Below are positions 20,020 through 29,757 of a stretch of DNA of 64,000 nucleotides, one piece after another. Below the pieces are notes generated by a model. It had not been told where the DNA came from, did no database searches, and saw only the letters and a list, made by a program, of their open reading frames with translations. Both the position numbers and the translations under genes were made by a program. The stretch is from Calditrichia bacterium (GTDB lineage: Bacteria; Calditrichota; Calditrichia; RBG-13-44-9; J075). Position 1 is the stretch's first letter. Each line of letters begins with the position of its first letter. The stretch lies in NCBI GenBank assembly GCA_050633245.1, contig JBOEGD010000007.1, positions 320,640 to 384,639 of the forward strand, written 5' to 3'.

Positions 20020-22458
20020 CTATCGACTCAACATCATCTTGCGGACCAGACGCTGAGACTCACTTTGCAGACTATAGAAATACAGTCCTGAAGAAACCTG
20101 CTTTCCGCTACTATCGCGACCATCCCAATTCAGCTCATAATTGCCAGCGGCTAACTCATTATTTACCAACTCGCGAACGGGTTGTCCCAGCACGTTGAAA
20201 ATTGTCAGCGTTACCTGTTCTGCTTTAGGGATGCCAAACGAAATCGTTGTGTTCGGGTTGAACGGGTTCGGATAGTTTGCATTCAGCTCAATTTTTGACG
20301 GCACACCGGTAACCGGCTCAATTCCGGTTACCGGATCGGAATAGGTGATTACAGCAATGTCATCCAAATACCAACCGTCGCCTTCAACACCTCCATCGCT
20401 ACTCAAATTAAAGCGTAGGAAGACCGTACTGCCAATATAGCCGGACAAATCAATTATTTCCTTCACCCAACTCAACTGACTACCATCATAGCCTGGCTCA
20501 CCAGGAGTTTGCACACCCTGTCCACTTCCCTCTTTCGTATAGGAGCCAACCAGAGACGTCCAGCTGCTGCCGTTTGTCGAAATCTGAACACGGGCAAAGT
20601 CGTAGCTACTCTCAATTTCCCAACGCGTCTGAAACTCAAGAAAAGCTGCATTCACACCGCTTAAATCTATTGAATTGCTGTAGCGAAAGGTATTGTTTGC
20701 ATTCGCCGGATAATCCCCTGTCGGAGTATCAGCAAATGAATGGGACGGACTAACAAAGGTATTACTTGTTGTTCCCCAGCTCTGTCCGGTTGTCCAGTTA
20801 TTTGTTCCCTCTTCTGCATCATTACCAAACGCAATTACCGGAGTGCCGACAATAAATAAACGATGGCGTTCTTCGCGCGGAATTCCGTCAACGATAATGG
20901 ACAAGTCGGCAAACACTTCTGTGCCGGCCACTGCATTTGCATCAACCTGAACGGTAAAAACATCGGTTTGTTGCTCTGCCTGTGAAGAGATTGTAAATGG
21001 TCCGCCCCCCGAGCCGCTAATTGTTACGTTCGGATCGGCTGTCGTCAGGGCAAACGTTACGTTGGCAGCTTCACCCTGACCGAGGTTTTTCATATTAAAA
21101 ATAATCTCTGCCTGCTCACCGGGATCTACATATCCGTTGCCATCACCTATTTCTGTTATGTCTAAGGATGTGCCTGAAACAAGCCCTCCGACAATCCACG
21201 CGAGATAGAGATTAGGATAAAGGTTTTCTTCCACCAGTGGAAAGATGCGATTTTGCGACGGCCAGAAGCCATCGGCAAATCCACCAACCTCCGGGGTCAT
21301 GGCCAGAATCTTGTTTTTGGTTGTTTGTTCGCCATACATCCAATCATCTGAATTACCGTTCGCGGTATATCCAACGGTGTTAATGGCAGTTCCGGCAGAG
21401 TAATTATTAAACTGCGTCATATCTGCACCATAGGCATCAAACACCGCAGAATCCGGCGTCAAAACATTCACCTCATAACCAAATGGATAAATCAACAGGT
21501 TCGAGAAGGTATGATAATTTAGTGCGGCCCTGAATTCATGTGTATTACAGAAGTCGCGCATTGCTTGCGTCTCAGGCTCAGAGAAGGCGGACGTTCCGCG
21601 ATAGGTATTGCTGTTCGTATTCGGACTCGAGCCAGAATTGTCATAGCCCCACTGATAGCCATAGTTCCGATTCAAATCGACACCAAAGCTGCCATCCCCA
21701 TTATTCAGGCGATTTTTGCGCCAGTTTCCTCCGCCATTGGGGTTCGTTTGCTGATTGTAAGCGTAGCCATCAGGATTCACTACAGGCACAAAATAGAGTT
21801 CGCGATTATCGACAAGGTATTTCACCTCCGGATCGGCAGGATAGTTTTCCAGCAGATAATACATGAAATAGATTACCGACATCATTCCAGCAGGTTCGCG
21901 GCAGTGGTGGAGTGAACTATATAGCGCTTCCGGTTCGGTTTCATCAATGTCCGGATTGTCCGAGATTTTTACCGACCAGATATCCCGACCTTCATGAGTT
22001 GTGCCTAAAGACTGCTTTGCGGTTATGAGGTTCGGATAGAGAGAACGCATCGTGTCCAGCTCAGCCACAACCTCGTCGAGCGTATAAAAGCCTCCCATAC
22101 TACCGAAATCAAAGCCCCTAACCATACTACTCTGTTCGATAGAAGATCGCTCTGCTTCGCTTAGGGTTGGTCGGGACTCGTATTCTGCCTCTACATCGGC
22201 AATTAAAACATCATATATAGTGCCGGAAGACTGCAGCACCGAATATTCAGCCTCATTGAGCACCGCTATCAGGCTAAACCCTTCCGCGGATTTTTCATGA
22301 TGTGCGTGGCCAAAGATCAGGCCTTGGCGCGCCAAGGCCATTACTTCACTTTTATCACTGAAGTAAATTTTTACCTGCCGATGGGTTTCTGCATGTAGCT
22401 GCAGTGAAAAGGCAAAAAGCAGCATTAGAATTATCATGTAGCGAATGGGACGAAGCAT
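20020..22458 (-). CDS. Secreted M14 zinc carboxypeptidase (carboxypeptidase T-like) with accessory beta domains and FlgD-Ig/T9SS-type CTD
   Basis: HHCREP, VNPDG, WRKNR, GVDLNRN, NYHTFS, TPEVG; C-terminal NYPNPFNP tail. Confidence 0.88.
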   Translation of the reverse strand: MLRPIRYMIILMLLFAFSLQLHAETHRQVKIYFSDKSEVMALARQGLIFGHAHHEKSAEGFSLIAVLNEAEYSVLQSSGTIYDVLIADVEAEYESRPTLSEAERSSIEQSSMVRGFDFGSMGGFYTLDEVVAELDTMRSLYPNLITAKQSLGTTHEGRDIWSVKISDNPDIDETEPEALYSSLHHCREPAGMMSVIYFMYYLLENYPADPEVKYLVDNRELYFVPVVNPDGYAYNQQTNPNGGGNWRKNRLNNGDGSFGVDLNRNYGYQWGYDNSGSSPNTNSNTYRGTSAFSEPETQAMRDFCNTHEFRAALNYHTFSNLLIYPFGYEVNVLTPDSAVFDAYGADMTQFNNYSAGTAINTVGYTANGNSDDWMYGEQTTKNKILAMTPEVGGFADGFWPSQNRIFPLVEENLYPNLYLAWIVGGLVSGTSLDITEIGDGNGYVDPGEQAEIIFNMKNLGQGEAANVTFALTTADPNVTISGSGGGPFTISSQAEQQTDVFTVQVDANAVAGTEVFADLSIIVDGIPREERHRLFIVGTPVIAFGNDAEEGTNNWTTGQSWGTTSNTFVSPSHSFADTPTGDYPANANNTFRYSNSIDLSGVNAAFLEFQTRWEIESSYDFARVQISTNGSSWTSLVGSYTKEGSGQGVQTPGEPGYDGSQLSWVKEIIDLSGYIGSTVFLRFNLSSDGGVEGDGWYLDDIAVITYSDPVTGIEPVTGVPSKIELNANYPNPFNPNTTISFGIPKAEQVTLTIFNVLGQPVRELVNNELAAGNYELNWDGRDSSGKQVSSGLYFYSLQSESQRLVRKMMLSR

Positions 22459-22620
22459 AGCAACCTCTTGATATAAGTGTGACGTATTAGATCAGTCTGA
22501 GCCTGACAACAAAACATAATAAAAAATATCCAGATCAATAGCTGTATTTTGTTTTACAGAACAAGAAAATCAATCTATTAAGAATCGGCACTCTCTCCTT
22601 CGAAGCAATCAGCGATAAAT

Positions 22621-22670
22621 AAAAAGAGCCGATGCGAGCAGGTGCCAATGGCACCCACCCGCTTCGGCTG
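22621..22670 (-). terminator. Probable terminator of the 994 aa gene
   Basis: Long imperfect hairpin (gccga..gcg..ggtgcca/tggcacc..cgc..tcggc) followed by a T-run on the minus strand. Confidence 0.55.
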
Positions 22671-22701
22671 CTGGGGTTCTTAAATCTTATGACAGAAGAT
22701 A

Positions 22702-25686
22702 TTACTTGTTGAACAACATCTTGCGCACCAATCGGTTATTGCCAGTTTCAAGGCTATAGAAATAAACGCCCGTTGCTACTGCAAAACCAGACTGATTCGT
22801 GCCATCCCAGGTAAGCTGATAGCTTCCTGCGGCAAGATTATCATTCACCAGCTCTTTCACAGGCTGCCCGAGCACATTAAAGATCGTCAACTTCACATCA
22901 CTGCCAGCCGGCAGACCAAAAGAGATTGTCGTTGATGGGTTAAATGGGTTCGGATAGTTCTGCGAGAGCTCAAGCGTATTTGGAACAGCTTCGTTCTCAA
23001 TCGGATCGATACTTAGCGGACTATCAGCAAGCTCGATATCCAGAAGCATGGTATTACCTGTTCCGGAGTTATACTGAACGCTGACCGCCTCGCTGGCAAG
23101 GTTTATCTTACTTGCCTGAACCGTATAGTCGCCATCGATCATTCCGCTTAACTGATAACCACCTTGTGCATCAGTAAAGTCGAATCCAATCACGTCGCCT
23201 ACAGAGTTTTTAGCGGTTACAAATACACCGGAAAGTGCACCACCGTTGATGTATTCGATCGTTCCTGTAATCATACCGTTTCCAGCAGGACCGCCGTTAA
23301 CCGATGACAACTGCGCATTAATTCCCGTTACGTCGCCAATTGCGTTAATAGCGTTTGCATTCTCCCAAATCAGTGCATCATCATAGAATTCCGGCACGTG
23401 ACCATCACGAGAGAATAGTACGATATGTGGTGCATTCTCAAGTCCGCCAAGCGTATAGTTTCCGGAAGAGTCGGAGAAAGCAAAAGCCAATCGCCCGCTA
23501 CCCGGAGCAGATCCAACAACAAACGCATTTGCAAGAGCAGCACCCTGATCATTGGTTACGATACCACTGATAGAATTATTGAAGTTGCTGCCATCGGTAT
23601 CGAGCGTAAAATTAACGTCCTGCAGCAGTGAGTCATGAAAAGCAAAGATTGGGTCTGCGGCATACATATCTTCCTGCTCAAACCACCACTCTGTTTTGAA
23701 TCCCTGCTTTTCGGCGGAAGCGATATAGATATTGAAGGGATCTTCAGTAACAATATCTATTAGGTATTCACCCTGAGCATTCGTGGTAGCTCTGAAAACC
23801 GTAGAGTCGCCATGCCACTGACCAAACTGCGAACTCACGGTTACAATTGCATTCTCAAGCGGTAGGCCAACTGCATCCGTCACAACACCGGCAATGGAAA
23901 TTTCCAGATTGCTGCCACCGTTTTCCGGCACACCAAAGTCGATACCGCTGGTGGTTACATTCTCGGTAACCGTTACCGGTGTAGCATTGGCAATCGACAT
24001 AACATCATCATAGTATTCAGTGTAAGGGATTTGAAAGTTTGAATTGTAATAGTGCACAGCAACGATATAATCGCCGGTAGGAACATTGGCAACATAATTT
24101 CCGGCAGAGTCTGTACTGGCCGTATAATTAAAGCCAATTGGGCTGTTGGTAATAAACTCAACGAGTGCCTGCTGAACAGGGGCACCACTACTGTCGAAAC
24201 TTACTGTCCCACTAATAAATCCTGCGTTTGGCAAGCGACCGCCAAAGACAAAGTCCACAATATTCTCACCTGCAACCACGTCTACAGAGTTGTAGGCAAT
24301 CGTTATACCGGTAACCAAACTAACTGCGCAAATATCATATTGTCCGCTCGGCACGGCAGGTATTTCATAAGCCCCGGTTGCCGGATCGCTAATGCCAATC
24401 AAAAATATCGTACTATCGGTCTTGGCTAATTTTATGATTGCATCAACCGGATTTCCGGTAGAAGAATCTGTAACCGTTCCGCGTACAATTGCATCACCAC
24501 TTGAAGCGAGAACAAAATCTACAACTGCAGGGTTGTTTTCATCCGTGACAACACCATTAACTGTCTGCGAGTTAAAAAGATTTCCAAATGCCGTCACATC
24601 GTATGTTCCATCTGGAAGCCCATCGAGCAGATATGCTCCGCTGCTATCGGTATAGGTCGTGTACTGCCCACCGCCGTTCGGGCTACCACCCACAGCAATG
24701 ATTCCTGAATTTACTACCGTGTTTCCGGTTGAGTCGGTTACCGTGCCACTAATTTGGGCATTACCGGTTCCGCGCGGCGTACCACCCAGATACAGCTCTA
24801 ACCAATTCGGGCCATCGAAAACCTGGAAGTTGGGAATAAATGTAGATGTAAACCCTTCTTTGCTTGCGGTGACATCATATGTTCCGGGGCTAATTTGCGG
24901 AAAGGAATAAAAGCCTCCCAAACTATACGTTTCCAATCTGATCGTATCACCGGCAGCACTAATAGCAGTAACCGCGACTAATACAGAATCGAGTGGAATA
25001 AAGTTTGTTGAGTCAAAGACTAGACCTTCAAGAGAGGCGGTTCCACCCTGTCCGGGAGTCAATGCAACATCGACACCGGTAAGTTGACTGGAATCTCCAA
25101 CGGAAATTGCGGTATTGGAAAAATAAGCGAGATAACCATTTGCCCTAACTTCCTGGATATAGTCTCCAGGTGCAATACTCTGAAAGCTATAGCTTCCACT
25201 TGCGGGATCTGTAATAGCTGAGTAAACAAACCCAAACTGCGAAGCGAGGGTTACTCGTGCCATGCCAACCGGATTTCCAGTCGTAGCATCTGTGACAGTT
25301 CCTGCGAGCAGGTTGTTATAATTTCCGCCTGAGTTCCCGACAAGTTGATAGTCCAGAACGAGAATTGCATTTGGGCCAACCGTAATCGGGCCGTTAAAAG
25401 CCGGTTGATAGCTGTCCTTCTCAGCAAGAAAGAAATACTCACCTTCCGGTAGTTGCTCCAGTAAATATGAACCATCTGCACCGGTCACGGCTCTGAAAAC
25501 TATCGAGTCGCCGGTAGCAGGATTAAAACTAAATGCGTTTACCAGTGCTGCCTCAAGCGGGTCACCTGTTGAAGCATCTGTTACTGTGCCGCTAACAGTT
25601 GCACTAAACACGGGTAGTGTCAGTAAGAGAGTGAAAAGAAAAAATAGCTGCATTGCTATTCGTCGAATTGTTTGGGATCCTTGCAT
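22702..25686 (-). CDS. Large secreted protein of about 9 carboxypeptidase-regulatory-like (beta-sandwich) repeats with CTD
   Basis: Repeats of SGTVTD..G.P...A.V....TD..G.Y.L..LP.G.Y.V.A...G; signal peptide; NYPNPFNP tail. Confidence 0.85.
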   Translation of the reverse strand: MQGSQTIRRIAMQLFFLFTLLLTLPVFSATVSGTVTDASTGDPLEAALVNAFSFNPATGDSIVFRAVTGADGSYLLEQLPEGEYFFLAEKDSYQPAFNGPITVGPNAILVLDYQLVGNSGGNYNNLLAGTVTDATTGNPVGMARVTLASQFGFVYSAITDPASGSYSFQSIAPGDYIQEVRANGYLAYFSNTAISVGDSSQLTGVDVALTPGQGGTASLEGLVFDSTNFIPLDSVLVAVTAISAAGDTIRLETYSLGGFYSFPQISPGTYDVTASKEGFTSTFIPNFQVFDGPNWLELYLGGTPRGTGNAQISGTVTDSTGNTVVNSGIIAVGGSPNGGGQYTTYTDSSGAYLLDGLPDGTYDVTAFGNLFNSQTVNGVVTDENNPAVVDFVLASSGDAIVRGTVTDSSTGNPVDAIIKLAKTDSTIFLIGISDPATGAYEIPAVPSGQYDICAVSLVTGITIAYNSVDVVAGENIVDFVFGGRLPNAGFISGTVSFDSSGAPVQQALVEFITNSPIGFNYTASTDSAGNYVANVPTGDYIVAVHYYNSNFQIPYTEYYDDVMSIANATPVTVTENVTTSGIDFGVPENGGSNLEISIAGVVTDAVGLPLENAIVTVSSQFGQWHGDSTVFRATTNAQGEYLIDIVTEDPFNIYIASAEKQGFKTEWWFEQEDMYAADPIFAFHDSLLQDVNFTLDTDGSNFNNSISGIVTNDQGAALANAFVVGSAPGSGRLAFAFSDSSGNYTLGGLENAPHIVLFSRDGHVPEFYDDALIWENANAINAIGDVTGINAQLSSVNGGPAGNGMITGTIEYINGGALSGVFVTAKNSVGDVIGFDFTDAQGGYQLSGMIDGDYTVQASKINLASEAVSVQYNSGTGNTMLLDIELADSPLSIDPIENEAVPNTLELSQNYPNPFNPSTTISFGLPAGSDVKLTIFNVLGQPVKELVNDNLAAGSYQLTWDGTNQSGFAVATGVYFYSLETGNNRLVRKMLFNK

Positions 25687-25795
25687 GGAACCTCCATTCC
25701 TGAAAATTAGTGAGGAAATAAGCGTTTACATTAATTATTTCCCATCAGCCGTTTGCGGATTGAAATCGTATGTTCATGCCCGCGCCTAATCCTAA

Positions 25796-25811
25796 TACAT
25801 ATATCATGCCA
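25796..25811 (-). promoter_or_regulatory. Candidate sigma54 (-24/-12) promoter for the 994 aa gene
   Basis: Minus strand TGGCATGATATATGTA; strong -24 box, correct spacing, imperfect -12 (GT for GC). Confidence 0.5.
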
Positions 25812-25907
25812 TTACATCACTTGTAATCCGGCATACAAAATAAATGATATTTTCGTCGCTAATGCGTCAGGTTATTAAATAAAAAAGGGATTTCACCATC
25901 AGAAGGG

Positions 25908-25942
25908 GCGAAATATTTTCGCACTTTGCGCAAATATTTCAG
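25908..25942. promoter_or_regulatory. Candidate enhancer (UAS) for the GAF sigma54 activator
   Basis: Inverted repeat GCGAAATATTTTCGC plus degenerate copy GCGCAAATATTTCAG about 100-130 bp upstream of the -24 box. Confidence 0.45.
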
Positions 25943-25954
25943 AGAGCGAATTCT

Positions 25955-26794
25955 TTACCAGTTCATCTGCCACAGTAGGCGGAGCGTATTCTCTCTGTCG
26001 ACAACAGGCACTGGAAAATAGCTCAGCGTTTTGGATGAGGAAATGCCGGGCTTTCTCGAGAAATAAAAGAGGTCGACCTGACTGTAAATCCAAAGCGCAG
26101 CAAAGGCGATATAAACGCCATTTCGAATCTGATAAGTTTTGTTAAAAGCATCAAAACGTCCAGAGAAAAGATCAGGATTCGTCTCATTCAGATAGTCATT
26201 TTCGCGCGACTGTGCCTCAAGAGTATAATACGTTCCCATGCCAATCGTACTCATCGAGAGAGCTGTTAACAACCAACCTCGTCGCGTTTCACCATTGTGA
26301 AGATGCCCCCATCCCGGCACCAAAACAGAGCGAATCATCGAACCACGTATATGCGCAAAGGACCGCTGCTGAATAGCAACCTCTAATGAATCGATTTCCT
26401 GTTGCCTTTTGTCGCGATTTTGTGCGGCAATACGCTTCTTATTGAGAAAGTCTGCGCGGATTTCTTCGAAGTAGGAGCGAATTTTTGGAGAGGTTCTAAC
26501 AGGGTCTAACTGATGCTCTGAATGTATGTCAAGAATTGCGATAAAGGAGAATAAGCTGCTCTGTAGATCATCCGCGGCATAAAACACCATTCCCCGGATT
26601 TCGTATAAGCGTAGGAGTTCAGAGTTGGATAGAGAGGTAGATCCTCGGAGAAGCGAATCGCTTATGGATAGTACAGATGAGTACTCCTGCGCACGAAAGT
26701 GCTGCTCGACTAACTGTAGCTTTTCACCAGCCACCTGAGAAAAAAGGGCAGCCTGTAGAGAAAGAAGCCAGAAAAGGATGTGCAGTGATCTCAT
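25955..26794 (-). CDS. Exported TPR protein with DUF5683-like C-terminal region
   Basis: Signal peptide, TPR-like helices, RSVLVPGWGHL motif with hydrophobic segments; ATGA-coupled to the Kelch gene. Confidence 0.65.
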   Translation of the reverse strand: MRSLHILFWLLSLQAALFSQVAGEKLQLVEQHFRAQEYSSVLSISDSLLRGSTSLSNSELLRLYEIRGMVFYAADDLQSSLFSFIAILDIHSEHQLDPVRTSPKIRSYFEEIRADFLNKKRIAAQNRDKRQQEIDSLEVAIQQRSFAHIRGSMIRSVLVPGWGHLHNGETRRGWLLTALSMSTIGMGTYYTLEAQSRENDYLNETNPDLFSGRFDAFNKTYQIRNGVYIAFAALWIYSQVDLFYFSRKPGISSSKTLSYFPVPVVDRENTLRLLWQMNW

Positions 26795-28083
26795 TTTACA
26801 AGAATCATTTTCTCATAATTTACCTGTCGATTTCCCTGCAATTTATAAAAATATATGCCACTTCCAACTACGATTCCATTTTCGTTTCGCCCGTCCCACT
26901 GAATTTCGTGTTGCCCTGCATTCTTGTACCCCTCAAGCAGGGTAACAATCTTCTCACCTGTTGTTGAAAACACCTGAAGTGTAACGGACATTCCTCGATT
27001 TAATTCAAAAGGAATAAGTGTTTGTCCATTAAAAGGGTTAGGGTAGTTTTTTTTAAGCTGAAATTCGGCTACGACACCCGCTTCAAGTCCATCGGCAATT
27101 CCGGTAATAGCCGCATATCGTTCAATTTGTGGTACGATTTGGCCAAAGCTTCCGACCCCGCCAAAAACGTAAATATAATCATCAAGTTTCACGGACATTG
27201 CGCTAAAACGTGCAAAATTCATTGATGGCCCGCTAGACATTCGATATCCGGCCGGATTGGCATGAAAGATTGAAACAGAGTCTACTGCCGGTTCAGTCTC
27301 CGTATACCCGCCAATTAAATAGATATCCCTTTCCCCCATGAGTGTCGCAGAAACTCCGGCTCGTTCGCGCGGCATGTCAAATACCTGCGTATAGCCATGA
27401 TTAATGGTATTGAAGCGATGCACCTCGGAGCGTGTTACAAACCAATTGCCACCAAAGATATAAAGATCAGTATCAACTTGCACCACGGTTTGGTCGTATG
27501 GTAACAGTGATTGGTTGAACAAACTGTCCAGACGGTAGGTTACCGTAGCGCTTGGAATATGATATTCGGTGATATAGGGAATTGGAAGCGTATCACCAAC
27601 ATTGATTGCAAGACCACCTATCAGATATAAATTATCGCCTGAAACGGCTCCTGCAGTCAGGAGGCGGTTGCATTCGGGATGATAATTATAAATGTTCGGA
27701 GGGTCGAGGTAATTCCATGTTTCAATACTAAAAATATTGGGCGGAATCGGTATGCCGAGGCCTGCGCCCCCGGCATAGATTAACATATCGTTCCAGTCTC
27801 CAGCAACAAAACCAGCGCGTGGTGTTTTCATCTGAGCACTTGGAAGCCAAACGTTCTGCACAGGATCATAAGTTTGAATTTCGTCGGTTGGAATAATGTA
27901 GCCCAGAGAATCTCTGTAACCACCCAGAACATGAATCAATCCGTTGCGCGCAATGATCTCCGCGTCTGCAACCGGACGCGGCATCGTGCCAACAATCTCC
28001 CAGTCTTGCTCCTGCGCCAACAAAGGCGTGATAAGAAAAATATATAATAAAATTATTCTATAAAGCTTCATACGTTTCGCCAT
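26791..28083 (-). CDS. Secreted Kelch-repeat beta-propeller with CTD
   Basis: Six I/LY..GG Kelch motifs with M..PR/ER/AR motifs; NYPNPFN tail. Confidence 0.85.
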   Translation of the reverse strand: MAKRMKLYRIILLYIFLITPLLAQEQDWEIVGTMPRPVADAEIIARNGLIHVLGGYRDSLGYIIPTDEIQTYDPVQNVWLPSAQMKTPRAGFVAGDWNDMLIYAGGAGLGIPIPPNIFSIETWNYLDPPNIYNYHPECNRLLTAGAVSGDNLYLIGGLAINVGDTLPIPYITEYHIPSATVTYRLDSLFNQSLLPYDQTVVQVDTDLYIFGGNWFVTRSEVHRFNTINHGYTQVFDMPRERAGVSATLMGERDIYLIGGYTETEPAVDSVSIFHANPAGYRMSSGPSMNFARFSAMSVKLDDYIYVFGGVGSFGQIVPQIERYAAITGIADGLEAGVVAEFQLKKNYPNPFNGQTLIPFELNRGMSVTLQVFSTTGEKIVTLLEGYKNAGQHEIQWDGRNENGIVVGSGIYFYKLQGNRQVNYEKMILVK

Positions 28084-28109
28084 ATCCCAATAGTGTTGTG
28101 CAGTGCTAA

Positions 28110-28125
28110 TGCAAATTTTATACCG
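28110..28125 (-). promoter_or_regulatory. Candidate sigma54 promoter for the Kelch-TPR pair
   Basis: Minus strand CGGTATAAAATTTGCA = GG-N10-GC with a perfect TTGCA -12 box. Confidence 0.5.
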
Positions 28126-28145
28126 GGATTAAATATCATTCACAG

Positions 28146-29753
28146 CTATTGTTGCTCGAAATCGAGCAGTTTTCGTAACGTATCGCGACGAGCAATTGTA
28201 ACCTCATGTTCAACATCCTGAAAAGCAGGGTTGCGGACAGTGACTTTATATTTACCCGGCCATAGCGCAATTGGCCGCTTCAAGGGCGTTTCTCCGCGGT
28301 TTTTGTCGTCTACAAATAGCTGTCCCCAGGGATAGACCCGATAATCTAAAAAGCCAAAAAGCGTATCGAGATTAACCGCAAAGCGCGCCGTACTACCGGC
28401 AAGAATGCTGATTTTCTTCTCAAATGAGGGATAATACGGGTTTTTCAAACGTACTGAATACTCGCCTTCCGGCAATTCAAGCGGATTTTTAAGTGGGGTA
28501 GTATCAGTTTTTTCGTCATTTATATAGACATCCGCCCACGGCTGACAGCGAATTTCCAGTAAACCACGCATATTTTTCGCATCGACCTGCGAATTATTTG
28601 CATCTGTTTTTGAATTTGTTGTCACGCTGGATAAAATCAAATTTTCATTGTCACCTACAGGAGGCGATGGTGCTATGTTTCGTTGTATCTCTCTTGGCTT
28701 CACCTCATCGTTTTCAATCGATCCGGCCAGATCGATTATCAGGCTGTCAGGCGTTATTTCGCTCGAGGTCGCCACGTCCAGCGAGTCGACTTGCTCAACA
28801 GCCTGTTCGGCAATCCCTGGCTGGCTGAGTTGCGAAGAGTCTGAAAAGCTCATCATATATACGGCAAGACCAGCAGTTAAGGCCAAAGCGAATGCCATAC
28901 CCAACCAGCCTGGAAAACGAAAGCCTGTGACATTTTCGGAAACGACTACTCCACTTCTAAGCGTATTCAAAACCTGTTCGCAATCTTTTGGACGCTTGCG
29001 CTTATCCCTTTGTAGAAGGCGCTCGCAAAGCAATGCAATGTCTTGCGGCAGCTTGGTTGCTTCGGCAATTACAGCTGACGCATCAACTTTCAAAATTGCA
29101 TTAATTGTTTTTCCAACATCCCCACCAACCAGGGGGTTTTTTCCCTCAAACAGCTCATAGGTAAGTAAACCTGCCGAGAACAAATCACTTTGAGGCGTTA
29201 GCTCCTCACCCTGAATTTGCTCGGGAGACATGTAGCCGGGCGTTCCCACAATCGTAGACTTATGGGTAAGTGTATCTTCATTTAGCAATAACGCCAGACC
29301 AAAATCGGCAATTTTAAGATGATCAGACTCGTCCACTAAAACGTTTTCCGGCTTAATATCGCGATGAATAACACTGTGGCGGTGAGCGAACTTTAGGCCT
29401 TCGAAAAGCTGTCGCATAAGGTTTCGCGCTTGTTCCGGCAGAATTGAGTTAGCGCGAAGACGCTGTCTAAGGTTCTTGCTCTGAAAATATTCGAAAGAGA
29501 TATAAAAATATTGTTCATACATTCCGAAGTCGAGAACGCGAATAATGTGAGGGTTTTCCAGCTTAGCCAGTATTTTTGCTTCGCGTTGAAAACGTTGCAA
29601 AACGGATTTGTCAGGAAGGTTTGAGGTATCCAGAGTCTTAAGGATAATCTGCTTGCCCAGAAAAACATGATCAGCCAGATACACACTGCTGTGATCATCT
29701 TTTTTCAAACAGGTTATGGGATCAAATTTTTCAAACAGGCGAGCAGTCGTCAT
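28146..29753 (-). CDS. Membrane Hanks-type Ser/Thr protein kinase with two C-terminal PEGA-like domains
   Basis: HRDIKPEN, DFG, GTPGYMSPE, one TM, PWADVYIN..TTPL and PWGQLFVD..GETPL; start likely 29753 (ORF extends to 29777). Confidence 0.9.
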   Translation of the reverse strand: MTTARLFEKFDPITCLKKDDHSSVYLADHVFLGKQIILKTLDTSNLPDKSVLQRFQREAKILAKLENPHIIRVLDFGMYEQYFYISFEYFQSKNLRQRLRANSILPEQARNLMRQLFEGLKFAHRHSVIHRDIKPENVLVDESDHLKIADFGLALLLNEDTLTHKSTIVGTPGYMSPEQIQGEELTPQSDLFSAGLLTYELFEGKNPLVGGDVGKTINAILKVDASAVIAEATKLPQDIALLCERLLQRDKRKRPKDCEQVLNTLRSGVVVSENVTGFRFPGWLGMAFALALTAGLAVYMMSFSDSSQLSQPGIAEQAVEQVDSLDVATSSEITPDSLIIDLAGSIENDEVKPREIQRNIAPSPPVGDNENLILSSVTTNSKTDANNSQVDAKNMRGLLEIRCQPWADVYINDEKTDTTPLKNPLELPEGEYSVRLKNPYYPSFEKKISILAGSTARFAVNLDTLFGFLDYRVYPWGQLFVDDKNRGETPLKRPIALWPGKYKVTVRNPAFQDVEHEVTIARRDTLRKLLDFEQQ

Positions 29754-29757
29754 CGGA

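Noticed and set aside
22631-22655. TGGCAC as a sigma54 promoter for the M14 peptidase
   Set aside because: GG-to-GC spacing is 9 rather than 10 nt, and the motif lies inside a terminator hairpin
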